Assembly (NCBI GenBank): GCA_051942205.1
Contig: JAVECO010000011.1
Location: 1-64,000 of the forward strand
DNA from: Coniocarpon cinnabarinum
Taxonomy: Eukaryota
Direction of reading: 5' to 3'
Length of the DNA: 64,000 bases
In this document: one piece after another, positions 37,093-49,086 of the stretch
Position numbering within the stretch: position 1 is the first letter of the stretch
Layout of the letters: each line of letters begins with the position of its first letter
Position numbers and translations under genes: made by a program
The notes under the pieces: generated by a model
What the model saw: the letters and a program-made list of their open reading frames with translations, nothing else
Database searches by the model: none
What the model was told of the DNA's origin: nothing

Positions 37093-39892
37093 CTACCACG
37101 TACTCTGAGCCCGAGGCCAAACAGCATCCCCGGAGTCAAACATCATCAACGAGTGATCCTCCAGGTTCGCCCAAAACCCAGCATCAACATCCACGTTCAG
37201 CCACTGCTCCGGCGACCATTCCATCGCCTCATCCGTCACGGGCATCGAATCTCGCACTCCATCCACAGCCTCGTTCACTACCTCACTGCCTGTTATTGGC
37301 GCCGGCTGTGAGGCTTTGTCCCTCGTCATCAAACTTGGATCTAATATCCGGTCAAGACTCCGCTGGAGCATGCTCCGCGCCTGCCGGCAGAGCTCGTAGT
37401 TTCCAATGCCCGGCTGCGCGATCCAGTCGAGCGTGGAGATGAGTATGCTCAGATTTTGTATCACGCTTGAGCGTGAGAAGGCAGTGTTGTTGTAATCTCT
37501 CGCCTGCGCCTGTCTCAGCAGCTCTAAGATGAGCACACCGGCGGCCGGCAAGCAGAACAGCATGATAGACCAAGGAAGATCACACACAACCCAGCCGATG
37601 TCGCCGCCAGCATGCGTCACGACAGCGAGTCCATGCTCCAGCATTTCACTGGAAAGTCGTAACAACTCGGCTGAGTTGCCATGCAGGCGCTGTACCACGA
37701 CACGCTGCAGTAGCCAGTCATTATACAAATGATCCAGAAAAGTGATGTTGAGGCCGTAACACTCATCTGGCGGTTTGTCGGACGCCCAGACCGAAGGGTT
37801 GTACTGCAAATTCGCCGGCTTGTTATCCCAGTCCCGCCGCGAGCGCTCACCGATGCTCTTCACACTTGCTTCCAGCTCTTCTTTCGTGATGCAATCCGGG
37901 TTTCCAAGGATCAACTCTAGAAGCTCCTCGCGCAAGAGAAAGCAGTTCAAGTTTGCGTAATATACTGAGAAGCCGAAGAGTGGCGGCGCTTTGTACGTGT
38001 CGATGCCCTGCTCCGCGATAATCCTCTCTAGTTCTGGGGGTGGCAGAGCCAGCAACTCGCTTTGAATGAAGATGGGCGTCTCGAGCTTGACATATCGTTT
38101 GTTGATTCGTGGCGGTCGGCCCATAAATACACTGGCGCCTTTGTCGACCGCATAGGCGAACATGAGGTTGTGCTTGCGGAGCTCTGCCAGCCAGCGGGGC
38201 ACTTCTGGGGTTACTTTGATCGATTGGTGGATCCCGAGTGCGAAGAGACAAGAGGATAGATCGCCAGTCTTCTTCCATGAAGCATAACTAGCATCGCCGT
38301 AGAAGAGTGTGTGAACACTATCATTGACACTGTTAGCACAGTGACTTTGGAGTCGAGAAGGGTAAACGAGCTAAGGTAGCAGACACAAGACTTTGCAGTA
38401 TGCTACCCATCTGTCACTAGCGCTGAACCCAGTGCACAGAAACATATTCAAGCCATCCGAACTGCAGGCTAGCATGCCTTCAATTCGAGCTTGCGAAGCA
38501 AATGCGACAAGAAGGTGTCTCTAGACACGCTTGACTTACATCATGTTCTCGGCGAGAATCCACATGACAAGGTCATTTAAAGAGCCAGCATCATCAGAGA
38601 AAGTAAGGGTGAAGTTTGTGGCATCGATGAGAAGTTTGAGCGAAGGCGGCTGGCTAAGGATCTGCTCGATGCATCGTTAGCATGATAGTCGGCGAACTAC
38701 AAACCAGGAAATGGTTCTTGACTTACCTCTGCTGCGTTGCGCTTATTCAACCCGCTTGTCGCTCGTGCCAGACTTAGCGCCGCCAATACCGTACCCACCG
38801 TCTCCCACCTTGTCCAGCGTCCAATGAACAGCTCTGCATACTCAGCCATGGACCGCTGTCCAGGTAAAGGCAAAGGCTTGGCTGTATTCTCGAACAGCAG
38901 CCTCGACATATCTCTCGCTTTTGCTGTCTGAGAAGGTGCGTTTCTGATGATTTGCATGCTGGAAGACAGCGAGGCGAAGCATTTTTCGAGGATGGGAAAT
39001 GGGGTGCGGGCAGCCACGTTTGGCCGACGCTCGGCAATAGACGTCTTCTCATCGATGCTCTGGAGGAGGACGCTGAGTCGTCGTTAGTGCATACTTGTGC
39101 AATACATTGCAAAACAGATGAGATCAACTTCATGAATGACAGTGGCTTACAGTAAGGTCTCTGTGCCTTGATCGATTCGACAGTCGTCGCTAAGGCTCAG
39201 TTTGGTGGAGGCGGCAACATCCTGGGATGGACTCTGATCATCTTGGATAGTTTGCTGAGATTCAGTGAGTGATGCTAAGATCTTCGTTAGCGAAGTGCGC
39301 TTATTGAATCTGACGCCTTGGAACAAGAAACGCAATAGCTGGGGTACTCTGAGGACTAGACTCCTCCAACTTATTTGGACATACCCAGAAAGCTCGTGTC
39401 ACCTAGGTACCCATCGGGAGCCCTTGCAATGACAGCTTCGCTTCCACACGGATTTAACACTGATCCTGCTGCTCCACTACCCTCCTGTACCCCAGCTGGA
39501 GTATGTGGTGGAGTGGTAGGCGCAGCTGGCACCACAGGTGCAGCCGTAGTCAGCGCCATATCTGGCACGGTCGAAGCAACGGGTACAGCTCTCGCCTCTG
39601 TAGCATCCACGGAAGTGGCCTTCGCTTTCGTCATCGGGGCCGGATGATACACGCACCGTTTGCCGCGCTGGCTGCAGCGCTTGCATGTCGGACGACCATG
39701 ATCACAGCGGAGCTTCGAGATGCGACATGGTTCGCAAGAAGGTATTTTGCCATTGCGGCGAGTGGAGGGAATGGCTTTCGAGGTAGAATTGGAGAGTGAA
39801 GTAGCGTTGGGCTGAGACTCGAAAGAAGGTTCCGAGGAAATGTTCAATGACTGCTGTGGAATTTCGGCCTGCGTGAGAGAGTACGAGGTCAT
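37093..39892 (-). CDS. Zn(II)2Cys6 transcription factor (4 introns)
   Basis: TRRNGKIPSCEPCRISKLRCDHGRPTCKRCSQRGKRCVYHPAPMT; middle domain DKGASVFMGRPPRI; C-terminal GNYELCRQA..LDRIL. Donors at 39384, 39150, 38726 and 38539 give an intact frame. Confidence 0.88.
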
Positions 39893-41592
39893 GGAGGGCA
39901 GAAGTGGCCACCGGTGCGGAATGTGAGAATGCTTCGAGCATAGTGTTAGTCCGCCATCGGCATTCGTATTGAAGAAGCATTGTAAAAGCTCCCCGTGACC
40001 TACCGGTGGAATTGCCTCAGCGAACAACGAACAACTCCTTGTTCCGATGAAATACCTGGCTTACAGTGGAGGAAGTGAAGAGGTCGGAATAGCTCCAAGT
40101 TTCTGAATCCTAGTCGGAGTACGTTTCCTGCCAGACAACTCCAACACACACAGCTAACAGCACGTAGCAACAGAAATGAAGTCTCAAAATGCAAGTCAGA
40201 GCAAGCTCTTGGAAATCAAGGCAATGATTTTGCATTCAATTGTGTGAATTGGCGTTGCGAGTGAGCTTGGTAGTCTTGCTGTCTTACGGAGTTCATCGGA
40301 ATAAATTGGGGCAACGTTCCACGGGCGCACGATGACTGATTCAAAACACAAACGCCAGCCACATTCAAGCTTCAGACCAGTCTACAGCCTTTACCGCGGT
40401 GCCTATCGGCATCTTTCACATCCTTTTGATTTCGTGATCGCACGAGAGGAGAGAGAAAGCGTCGTTTTGGGGGTCGGGTCAAGGTCTAGAACAGGAGTAC
40501 TTGCTGCTTGGTGAGATGAGAGTCAGCTGTTTGAGAGGTTGGAGATCGCGAGTATCCACGCGCTGAAGGCTGCTCGGGTAAGTCTCACTGCTAAAGATAT
40601 CGCGCCCGTCCACGGCTGGACTTTGCAGTACTTGCAGAGTCAGTGCTAGCCATTGCACATGCTGGGTTGCTGGGTAGATTGATTGATGCAAGGCTTGGCG
40701 GGAAGGTTCAGATGCCCGACTTGGCAAGTGTCGATGCGTGATCTGCACCTAGTCCGAAGGCACGGCCTTGCGGGAGAAGGAAGATACAATGACTTGATGT
40801 GCAGCAAGAGCTTCGTCTAGATTCCATGGCCGCCTTGCTGAGCCCTTTGTCGGCAATAGGACATCTCGTCAACCATGTCGCTATGCACGTGCGGCACTGA
40901 TACCGTCCACTAGTCATTGCTGCGGTGCGTGAATACTCCTTAACGAGTACTCATCCCTGCTCGAATGAAACATTGAAATCAGTCCTTCTGCAGACTGATG
41001 CACGCAGGCCTTTACCCTATCATCTCATTAATATTGCATTGCATTTCCCGCGTCTCTTCTTATGACCATGCATGTGGACAGGAGCATATTTATGCACGGC
41101 AGCATTTTCGTCCCATCCACCGCAACTTCCCTTGCGGATACTTTACACTCCACACTGATATCTGGTGCGTTTCACGTCAAGCCGACCCAGGATACTCCCC
41201 CTGACGCCAAATCGCTGTCGGGCCCGTGGCGATCGGAGATGGCCGGATCAGAACGCTTCTCACATGAAGCAGCACGCAGGCGATCTCGAAGCTGGGGTCA
41301 AGAGCAAGCAGGGAGCTTTTACCCACACTCAACTCGAACAAGATTCATCCCTTTCGTGCCGCGGCCGAGCTGTCGCATCCTCCCGCAGACATGAGTAAAA
41401 AGTCTGCTCATTAGTGCTTGGTAATATAAAAAAAAAAGGCCTTGTATTAATGACACGCCTTTCTGAGTCGCATGACTGGATAGCTCGAGCATGCCTCGCG
41501 ATAATTCAAGTTTATATACAGTCTTCTAACAGCTCGTGTCTCCTCCGAGAGTCCTGCTTCTTGTTGATCTTTCTGCAAAATAACGTGTCAAG

Positions 41593-42692
41593 ATGATCTC
41601 TTCATTCAATCGTTCTATACTTGTATTTCTTTTCGCATTGATCGGCTACTCTCTCGCTGATGACGGTTGCGAAGATCCAGGATGTTGGGGACCTTTTCCA
41701 CCGGGCCACAAGTATATGGGCTATTCTTGGTGGGCGATAGGAGCGAAGAACTTTGGCGCCACCATCATATCATTGACAGCAGATTTGCATGTGCCGAGTA
41801 TGCCTGATGACGCCAACGGCACGATATCCATCAACCCCTCACTCGAGAACACGGTACAGATACTAAAACCACGTCGCGGAAGCCGAGACCTGATTAGAGT
41901 ACTGCTAGAACATTTCGGATTGGTCAGACACAAACGTGGTTGGCACCGCTGCGCAGATCTTGGTGCAGCCAGATTTAGCGAATAAGTGAGGATCCAGTCG
42001 TAACCGACTTCATGACACAAGCTACTCACCAGAAGCAGATGCACTCCTGATGCAGGTAAATGGTGCATGCTCCCGAGCTGTTGGGAATACCTCATTCCGC
42101 CAAAGGATGTGACCGATTCCACCTCATGGACAGGAGATTTCAAACCGGTCGAAAACGGCGACTTTGTCTCACTCAATTGTGAGATTCGATGAACAATTCT
42201 AGACTGCCTCAAGCTCACCAAACAGACACATTTGTCCGTGACTCTATTGGACTCGATATGAACCACGTTTATGATTATCCCGGCGTTGGAGGTCCCTGGG
42301 ATGGCGATGCATTTACAAGTGTCGACTGCAGTCAGTGAACTCCATAAACACAGTGCGTCAGTGTTTAACGATCAATTATTAGTCATGCGTGAGCCACCGT
42401 GGCAAATATGGCTCAAGATCGAATGCAACTGCGAAAGCCATGGGACGATCGCGTCGCACAGGTACACAAACATGATGCTCTTTCTCGATAAGCCGGTACC
42501 CAATTTCGGAAGCTCGGTGTCCTTCAACGGCAGTACCAACAGTGCTCCCCACACGAGCGATGGCGGCAAGATATGGGTCATCGACGAGAGTGAGATGTTT
42601 CACGAACGATGTGGGACTGGAGCTGAAGCTGATGCACTTCTGCAGTCGTTGTTGGCGATAACTATTGCGAGAATTACCAAGAATGCTTTTGA
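41593..42692 (+). CDS. Secreted Cys/Trp-rich protein of about 275 aa, five inferred introns
   Basis: Signal-peptide-like MISSFNRSILVFLFALIGYSLA. Frame is maintained across inferred introns (e.g. 41854-41908, 42331-42382); ends PHTSDGGKIWVIDEIVVGDNYCENYQECF. Confidence 0.65.
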
Positions 42693-43659
42693 ATGCGGCC
42701 CACTGCACGTCCGCAGCTGCTGAAGCCTTCCGGCAGTATCAAAGCTACGCGTCAAGTGATGTGGATTGCTGGGAGCTTGTGTGTGGCTAGGCTGGACGAC
42801 GGCGCCAAAGTGTGTCCCCGACAAACGTAGCATGGGGCTACGGACGAGCACCTTCATACGAGACACGGACCTAGTGGTCTGCCGAGCGCCCCGAGACAAA
42901 AAGACGACTTAAGTGCTTGAAAAGCCACGGCTGATACGCGTTGAGCCTTCGCATACCCATCTTGAAGTGAGATAAAGTGTAGAGGTAGAACCTGACGTCT
43001 GCGAACATTGAAATCCGAAACAGAAAGGGTTGCTCTCTGATAGCTCGATAGATAGAAAAAATTGCCAACGTGCACAACATTAGTCAACTCGCTTCATGCA
43101 TCGCATCGCATTCACGTCTCCTCAATCTCAGTGCTGCCAAAGGCCATGTCCCGCTCAGCAACCAATCAGAGCTCTTCGGACTTCTCGGAGCTGCTTAGCA
43201 CTTCTGACAACGCTAAGTCCATCACATCTTATCCGCTTCACACCGACAGGATGTCCCTTCACACCTATTTAGCAACGAAGCAGCGGATTACGCAGAATCG
43301 TGACTCACATCTGTAGATGCCTAAGCCTTCATGCACCTCTGCGCATTGATAGTTCACTCCGAACGCCCAAGTGAGATGAACGCAAGTGAGATGGAGTCAG
43401 CATCTTGCAGCACTTCGTATTCCTGAACCGGTTTGGTAAGCCGCCGCCATCCGCTAAACAAGGAAGATCGCAGGCACGGAATAACGCGAGTGCATCTGCC
43501 TGCGCCGAAACCTTTTCGAATTCCGCATGCAGCATCTTCTGGCAACCGGCGATGATCACGGAATAGCTTTGTCAGATTCTGGGTAAGTGAGGGATGCCGT
43601 CTTATTTTGGGGAAGGGATGCCTCGCCTAAAGCCTGCGTAGACGGAAGGGCCGGGAGCT

Positions 43660-43667
43660 TATATAAA
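43660..43667 (+). promoter_or_regulatory. TATA box
   Basis: TATATAAA about 170 bp upstream of ATG 43832, followed by a pyrimidine-rich tract. Confidence 0.5.
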
Positions 43668-43831
43668 GATGCCATGGCTTGCTCTTCTCCACTCTTTCTT
43701 TTAGACAAGATCTCGCTTCAAGCTGATATCTGATCGTGACCCATCTCGTTGTGACGCGATATCAATCCATCAGATCACTTAGCCGACATCGCTTCCGCGA
43801 CTAAAAATCTCAGTCACAGACAATATTCAAT

Positions 43832-44059
43832 ATGCCAGCCGGTATGACGGGATTTCCCAGAGACCCCTCCAACGACGAACCAGTCGGCATTGCGTCTCTG
43901 TTTCTTTCGAAACCGCGTCAATCGAGTGTTACTGCCTCTTCAACGCAACATGGGACACCGGAACTGACGGATCGTTCGGCGTCTGTCTCGTCAGCAGGGA
44001 CATCGAGCAGTTTTAAGTCGAAGGCGTCGTCGATTTTCAAGAAGAAGAGTGGACCATGA
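43832..44059 (+). CDS. Small Ser-rich protein (75 aa)
   Basis: ATG in a caatATG context downstream of a TATA box; Ser-rich with a Lys-rich C-terminus. Confidence 0.5.
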   Translation: MPAGMTGFPRDPSNDEPVGIASLFLSKPRQSSVTASSTQHGTPELTDRSASVSSAGTSSSFKSKASSIFKKKSGP

Positions 44060-44386
44060 TGCTGTTGGACATCATCATGGAGACTGTGGGAATACGGGCA
44101 ACGTCCCTTTTCTTGTCATCGACGTTTTCCGGACCTGTCGTGAGAGGCTAGTTACGATGATGCAACCTAGTCGCTCGTTTGAAAACAGAGCCGTCTTGAA
44201 GAAGGATTTCGGCATTTGAGTCGATACATTCAGCAAGGCGTTGGAGGATTTTTTAGGCTGGACTGGAGATGAACGAAGGGCGGCTAGGTTCGAAGATGGC
44301 GATGCGAGGTGCGGAGGTTGCACTGTTTCATGGCTGCAATGATTTGTTATCATACCTTCTCATACACACGGTTTCAAACCGAACCA

Positions 44387-45724
44387 TCAACTCGGAAACC
44401 ATATCTCCTTGGGTGTGCCACTCATCCCAGGCCAAATAGTCTTCGCGTGCTCCAAGTTCTTCGCTGTGACTTCCACGCCATCACCAACACTCAGTTGCAC
44501 GTGCTCATCTCCATTGAGAAACCCGTAGCGTCCAAAGACAGGCGACCACTTCATGCCCTTGTCCACTCTCCGGTCTTTCATGAGACTTTTCAGTACAGTC
44601 CCATCGGCCTCGCCCGTGCTGTAGTTGACATTCAGAGAAGGACAGCGAACGCAATTGGCCGTGAGATGCAACATTGCGTCGCTTCTCTCGTGCATCCTCT
44701 GCGGCACATGAGTAGCTGCTGACGCAGATGAGAAGCGGACTTCAGACCACATGTCCTCAACCCATGCTTCATCGACGCCACCAATAACGATATTAGGTCT
44801 GAAGCGAGCAATATCCAGCCGATTCCCTTCGTCGTCAGATAGACGCTCAGCAACGTCTCGAAGCGACGCGGAAGAAGCAAGCAAGTAAGGCGCGCAATCC
44901 GCGAAGGAGAGCTCATAGTGCTTGCTCGCATCTTGACGCAGCTCCCGTGCTTCCAGAAGGTTCTCCGCATCATGCTCATCAGTCGGCATTTCCTCAGCTT
45001 CAGTTCCATCTGCGTTTATATCTGCGGACGATGAGGTGAAATAGCTCGGGACCCAAGACTCGAGAACACCTCCGAGCCAGGTTCCTCTTTTACTTGCTCT
45101 CTGCCTCCGTCGCTCGGCTTCGGCGTGCTCAGCTCTTCGTCGCATCTCGAGCTTCTGCTGTCGTTGATTGTTCACGTCAACTGCATTTGGTGCAACATTG
45201 CCGAGCACTGGCCGCGTCTGCGCCATTTCATCATGGCCGAGATACGCGAGCACGACGGTGAAGCCGAAGATGTTGCTGAACCATTGAGAGTAGTGCGACG
45301 GCATGGCAAAGGCAAGTGTAGGACTTTGGTGCATCCGCACGAAGACGCGGGTGAGATGGAGTGCTTCAATATCCGGCACGAGCGGGATCAAAAGTGTTGA
45401 CTGTGAGTGAGTTGAGGGGTCGGTGTACGTGATCTCAATGCAATCCTCTTTTTCTGCATCGTCTTTGCTGTCTCCGTCGTCGTTGCTGGATGTAGGTACA
45501 GCTTTGCGGATTGCCGTCGTGAAGAGGCACATTTGCGGGAAGCCAGACACGTGCATGTTCTCGTATCGAGTGCCAGACTTTGGATGCTTGTTCCCTTCGC
45601 CATGGTCTCGAAGGAGCATGAAGGTGCGATCATGCGGTAGACCACGCGGTGTGAGTGTCACCTCACTTACTGAAACGCCACGCAATGATTTGATGGGATA
45701 GTGATATATGGCTTCGATGTGCAT
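44387..45724 (-). CDS. MOSC domain molybdenum-cofactor protein (mARC/YcbX-like)
   Basis: IYHYPIKSLRG, DRTFML, SFADCAPYLL, RFRPNIVIGG, CVRC and LSVGDGVEV; start at MHIEAIY. Confidence 0.9.
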   Translation of the reverse strand: MHIEAIYHYPIKSLRGVSVSEVTLTPRGLPHDRTFMLLRDHGEGNKHPKSGTRYENMHVSGFPQMCLFTTAIRKAVPTSSNDDGDSKDDAEKEDCIEITYTDPSTHSQSTLLIPLVPDIEALHLTRVFVRMHQSPTLAFAMPSHYSQWFSNIFGFTVVLAYLGHDEMAQTRPVLGNVAPNAVDVNNQRQQKLEMRRRAEHAEAERRRQRASKRGTWLGGVLESWVPSYFTSSSADINADGTEAEEMPTDEHDAENLLEARELRQDASKHYELSFADCAPYLLASSASLRDVAERLSDDEGNRLDIARFRPNIVIGGVDEAWVEDMWSEVRFSSASAATHVPQRMHERSDAMLHLTANCVRCPSLNVNYSTGEADGTVLKSLMKDRRVDKGMKWSPVFGRYGFLNGDEHVQLSVGDGVEVTAKNLEHAKTIWPGMSGTPKEIWFPS

Positions 45725-46345
45725 GCTGTCGTCCTTGGAACGTTTTGAAGATTGTCGAAGATGTCCTAGTAGAGGCTGGTTACAGAGTGTCGCACGTCGA
45801 GGGCTCTTCACCTTTTCGCAGTATTCTCATTGATCGGGCAACCTGGCCTTTAAGACAGCGCCATCCGCTGCCTGCTGGCTTGTGCCAGACTCGGACTGCC
45901 AGATCGGTCCACGCTGGACCTGTTGTCGGGTGAACGCATCAACGAGCTTACTCTAAGCTTATCTAAGATACCCCACTATCCAACGATCAAACCATGAACT
46001 TTATCTCAGCAACAGCTCGTAGCCTTTCCTTAACTGTCAAAGGGGTAATGTTCATAGTCATTGGCTGCTTTGCCATCTCCCCACCTGAGCTTGTGCCGAG
46101 TATACTGTTACGGGCCTTAATCGGCCGACCACGTTGTATTGGAGTAATTAACAGGATCTTCAGCCGTCTCTGCGTATCTTCGTCCACTGCGTGAATATAA
46201 TAGATTGAGCGTGGTGACACGGCATTCCACTTGAGTGCGAAATCATTATTCATGTGCGAAAGCGACCACTCATGGTTGGGGTATCATTTGCTCAGAATCA
46301 AAAACAAACTCCATCAAATGTCGTGAATAGTATCATCTCGTAGCT

Positions 46346-48371
46346 TCATCGCACACCACTTTGCGGCTTCTTGCTCATATCCACTCTTGGAGGTGGTGGA
46401 AGATCATCGTCAGGATACGGTAACGGAGGTTTCGACGAGTAGTATGTTGGACCATTCTGGTTTTGGAACGGCGTCTTCGGTGGCAGAGGTGGAGGTTGTG
46501 TGTTGATGGCAGACACTTGGCCGTTGGGAGACAGAGCTGCTGTATATGGACTCATAGCACTTACAGGCGGCGGCTCGTAATATTGAGTGCGGCCATAGAT
46601 GTCTTGCTGTGTTGATGGTGGCTGTGGATATCGCTCCGGCGAGGAAGATGGCGCTGGATATCGTCGTGGATCCGATGAGATCGCGGTGGGGAACTCGTCG
46701 CTCACTCTGGGTGGCGGCTCTGCCGACACAGCAAGCTTGTCGCCGCCACCGCTAGGAGCGCGTTGATAAGGAAATGGTGGCTTATACGGCGCCCCTCCTT
46801 GTGCTGGTGGGCTGTTTCGAGGTGATGACTGCGATTGACTTGCTGGTCTGGTTTCTGAAAATCCTTCGTCTGCAGGCAGCTCTACGGCCATCGGATTTGA
46901 AGGAGGCGGGATCGGCTTAGAAGTTTCAAACACCGACTCTTGCCATGAATCTCGATCAGAAGAAATGGAGTCGCCGGCATGTAAGCTGCGCTGCCATCTT
47001 ACTTTGGCGTTGTGTATTCTGGCCATTTTGGCAGAGGCAGATTGTGTTTGCTGTTGGATATCCGGCTTGCCCAAGTACATTCTTGAAGACGTGCTAATGT
47101 CGGACAATCGATTCCATTCGTTCATTCCAAACTCACCGACGCCAACTTCAACATTTAGACGGTAGTAATTTTCCACGTTGACGCCTCTTTTGGTAAGATG
47201 CTCTCTTAGCATGCTTTGATGTGTTTCTTCGCAGCCTTCGATTTTCGCCATGAGTCGCCTTCGTGCCTCAGCGAACTCGCCTGCAGTGCCGCCAACAAAG
47301 CTCTCCCACCATTGATGACTTTGCGCATCTGTGCCACCCGGTCTTTTACCGGTGCCTATGCTTACAAACACTCCAACATCACGGCCCGGGTATTCGTTTA
47401 GTGTTGCTTCATCAAGCGCAACAGGTGACGGATTGAATTTGCCCTGTCCTTCATCAATGAAGACCGACTGTCCAATTTGAATCGGCTTGAATGCCAAACC
47501 AATTGCTGAAGTCGCTCGTCCGGCTTGCCATATTGTGCAATTGAATTCTGGAGGTGCTTCGCGGCGCGAGTCGTATGATCGAAGTAGAGCAGGCGGCGAA
47601 TGTCGGGGCGCATTCTTGTAGACAGCGGTGATGGCACTTTGTCAGATCAGCATCCGTTTCCAACAACCCTGTCTGTTCACTTACGTCTTAGTCCGCTTCT
47701 CTCGAACATCATAGAGTAATGCATTCGGATTTCCGAATCGTCCGGCACTCATTGGCCCTCGTATTCCAGAGCCAACGGACAGAGGTCTGCTTGTTGTACT
47801 TCCACTTCGGTTCAAGTCCCCATAGAAAGCGCTATTGGGCGAGTTGGGTGTCGCAGGAGATGTGAGATCCTGCGCCATCGCAAGATTGTCATTGCCTTCA
47901 TCGTCGAATACCGTGAATTCTCGGACACACTCTCTAATCGCTTCTTCTAGTTTGGAGGCTTTGAATAGAGTCGATTTGAAGGGAATGCCTGCAAAGGTTT
48001 TGTCCGTCTCGAAGACCCTCTTCGTCATTCTGACATACACGCTCTTGCATTTCTCCAGATCCATGCGCAGTCGTCCGAGCATGATTGCGATCAAACCGCC
48101 TGTGCCTGTTCCCACTATGAGATCAAAGTGATCGCAGGGCTTTGGTATCTCTTCTCGTTTTGGCGCTTCGCCGTGCATCTCCACGTATGTTCTGTGCATC
48201 AATTCCTGGAGGAGGATCATCATCGAATACCCGCGCACACCTCCTCCATCTAAAGACCACGTCAATTTCCAGCCTCGTCTTGATGGAGAGCTGAGCAAGC
48301 TCACCTAGTGAAAGTATCCTCAGAGGCGGTCCCTTCGTGGTATCCTGTCTCCGCACTCCTGAGCTCGCCAT
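46346..48371 (-). CDS. Patatin-like phospholipase domain protein with Pro-rich C-terminus (two introns)
   Basis: LRILSLDGGGVRG, PCDHFDLIVGTGTGG, IWQAGRATSA, VSIGTG and YYRLNV. Confidence 0.9.
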
Positions 48372-49086
48372 GGCGCCACCTTGTCCAGTTGGTTCGAGTC
48401 AAGCTCCACACCGCGCGCTGGCTTGCGTGCGTAAATGTCTGATTTGTATTCTCGAAGATGCTCTTCAGGTCTACTGAAATGACCCAATCCGCAGGAAGTG
48501 GTCGCAAATGCACAAAGCCAAGTGTGCTTTCAGAACTTGAACAGCTCGTGAGAATGCCTCGCAGATCCAGGAAAGAACGATGCGAGAGGACAAGTCTGTT
48601 CAGTTGAGGCTGAGAGCGCAGTGAATGCGACCAATGCGCGGTACCAAGGAGTTTCTGATATCGATTGAGGAACCCGTTCAAGCTCTCCACTGCCTTGTGT
48701 CGGAAGACCCTCCGGAAAGGCAGATGATACACGTTATATGCACCGATCAGCAAGTAGCCTACCACTGCCTGAAGGTGTGACGCAGGTGAAGGACCTTCGG
48801 TACCTGAGGCGCTTTGCTCACTCTGGCCAAGTGGCTGTGGCTGAGCCGCGCCTGCTGCATAAGTTGATCCACCAGCGAAGCTCATTGCCAGACACTCCAC
48901 GCAAGACCGTCGCTTGACATCACTCGAATGAGTAATCCTGGAACCTGCATTGAGGAAATGATCGCTTGGTGACGGGAGCGTCCAGCGTTCATGCACAGCT
49001 AGCTCTCGGGCCATACCTCCCGACCACAATGATGGCCCCGATCGTCCAATCTGCAGTCGCCTAGTGACCACGAAATAAAGTCAGAC

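Noticed and set aside
48388..48405. GGTTCGAGTC resembling a tRNA T-loop/B-box
   Set aside because: No T-stem pairing, A-box or cloverleaf.
48301..49071. 256-aa minus-strand ORF between the patatin-like gene and ppm1
   Set aside because: Non-ATG start, no motifs, and it spans the divergent promoter and overlaps patatin exon 1 out of frame.
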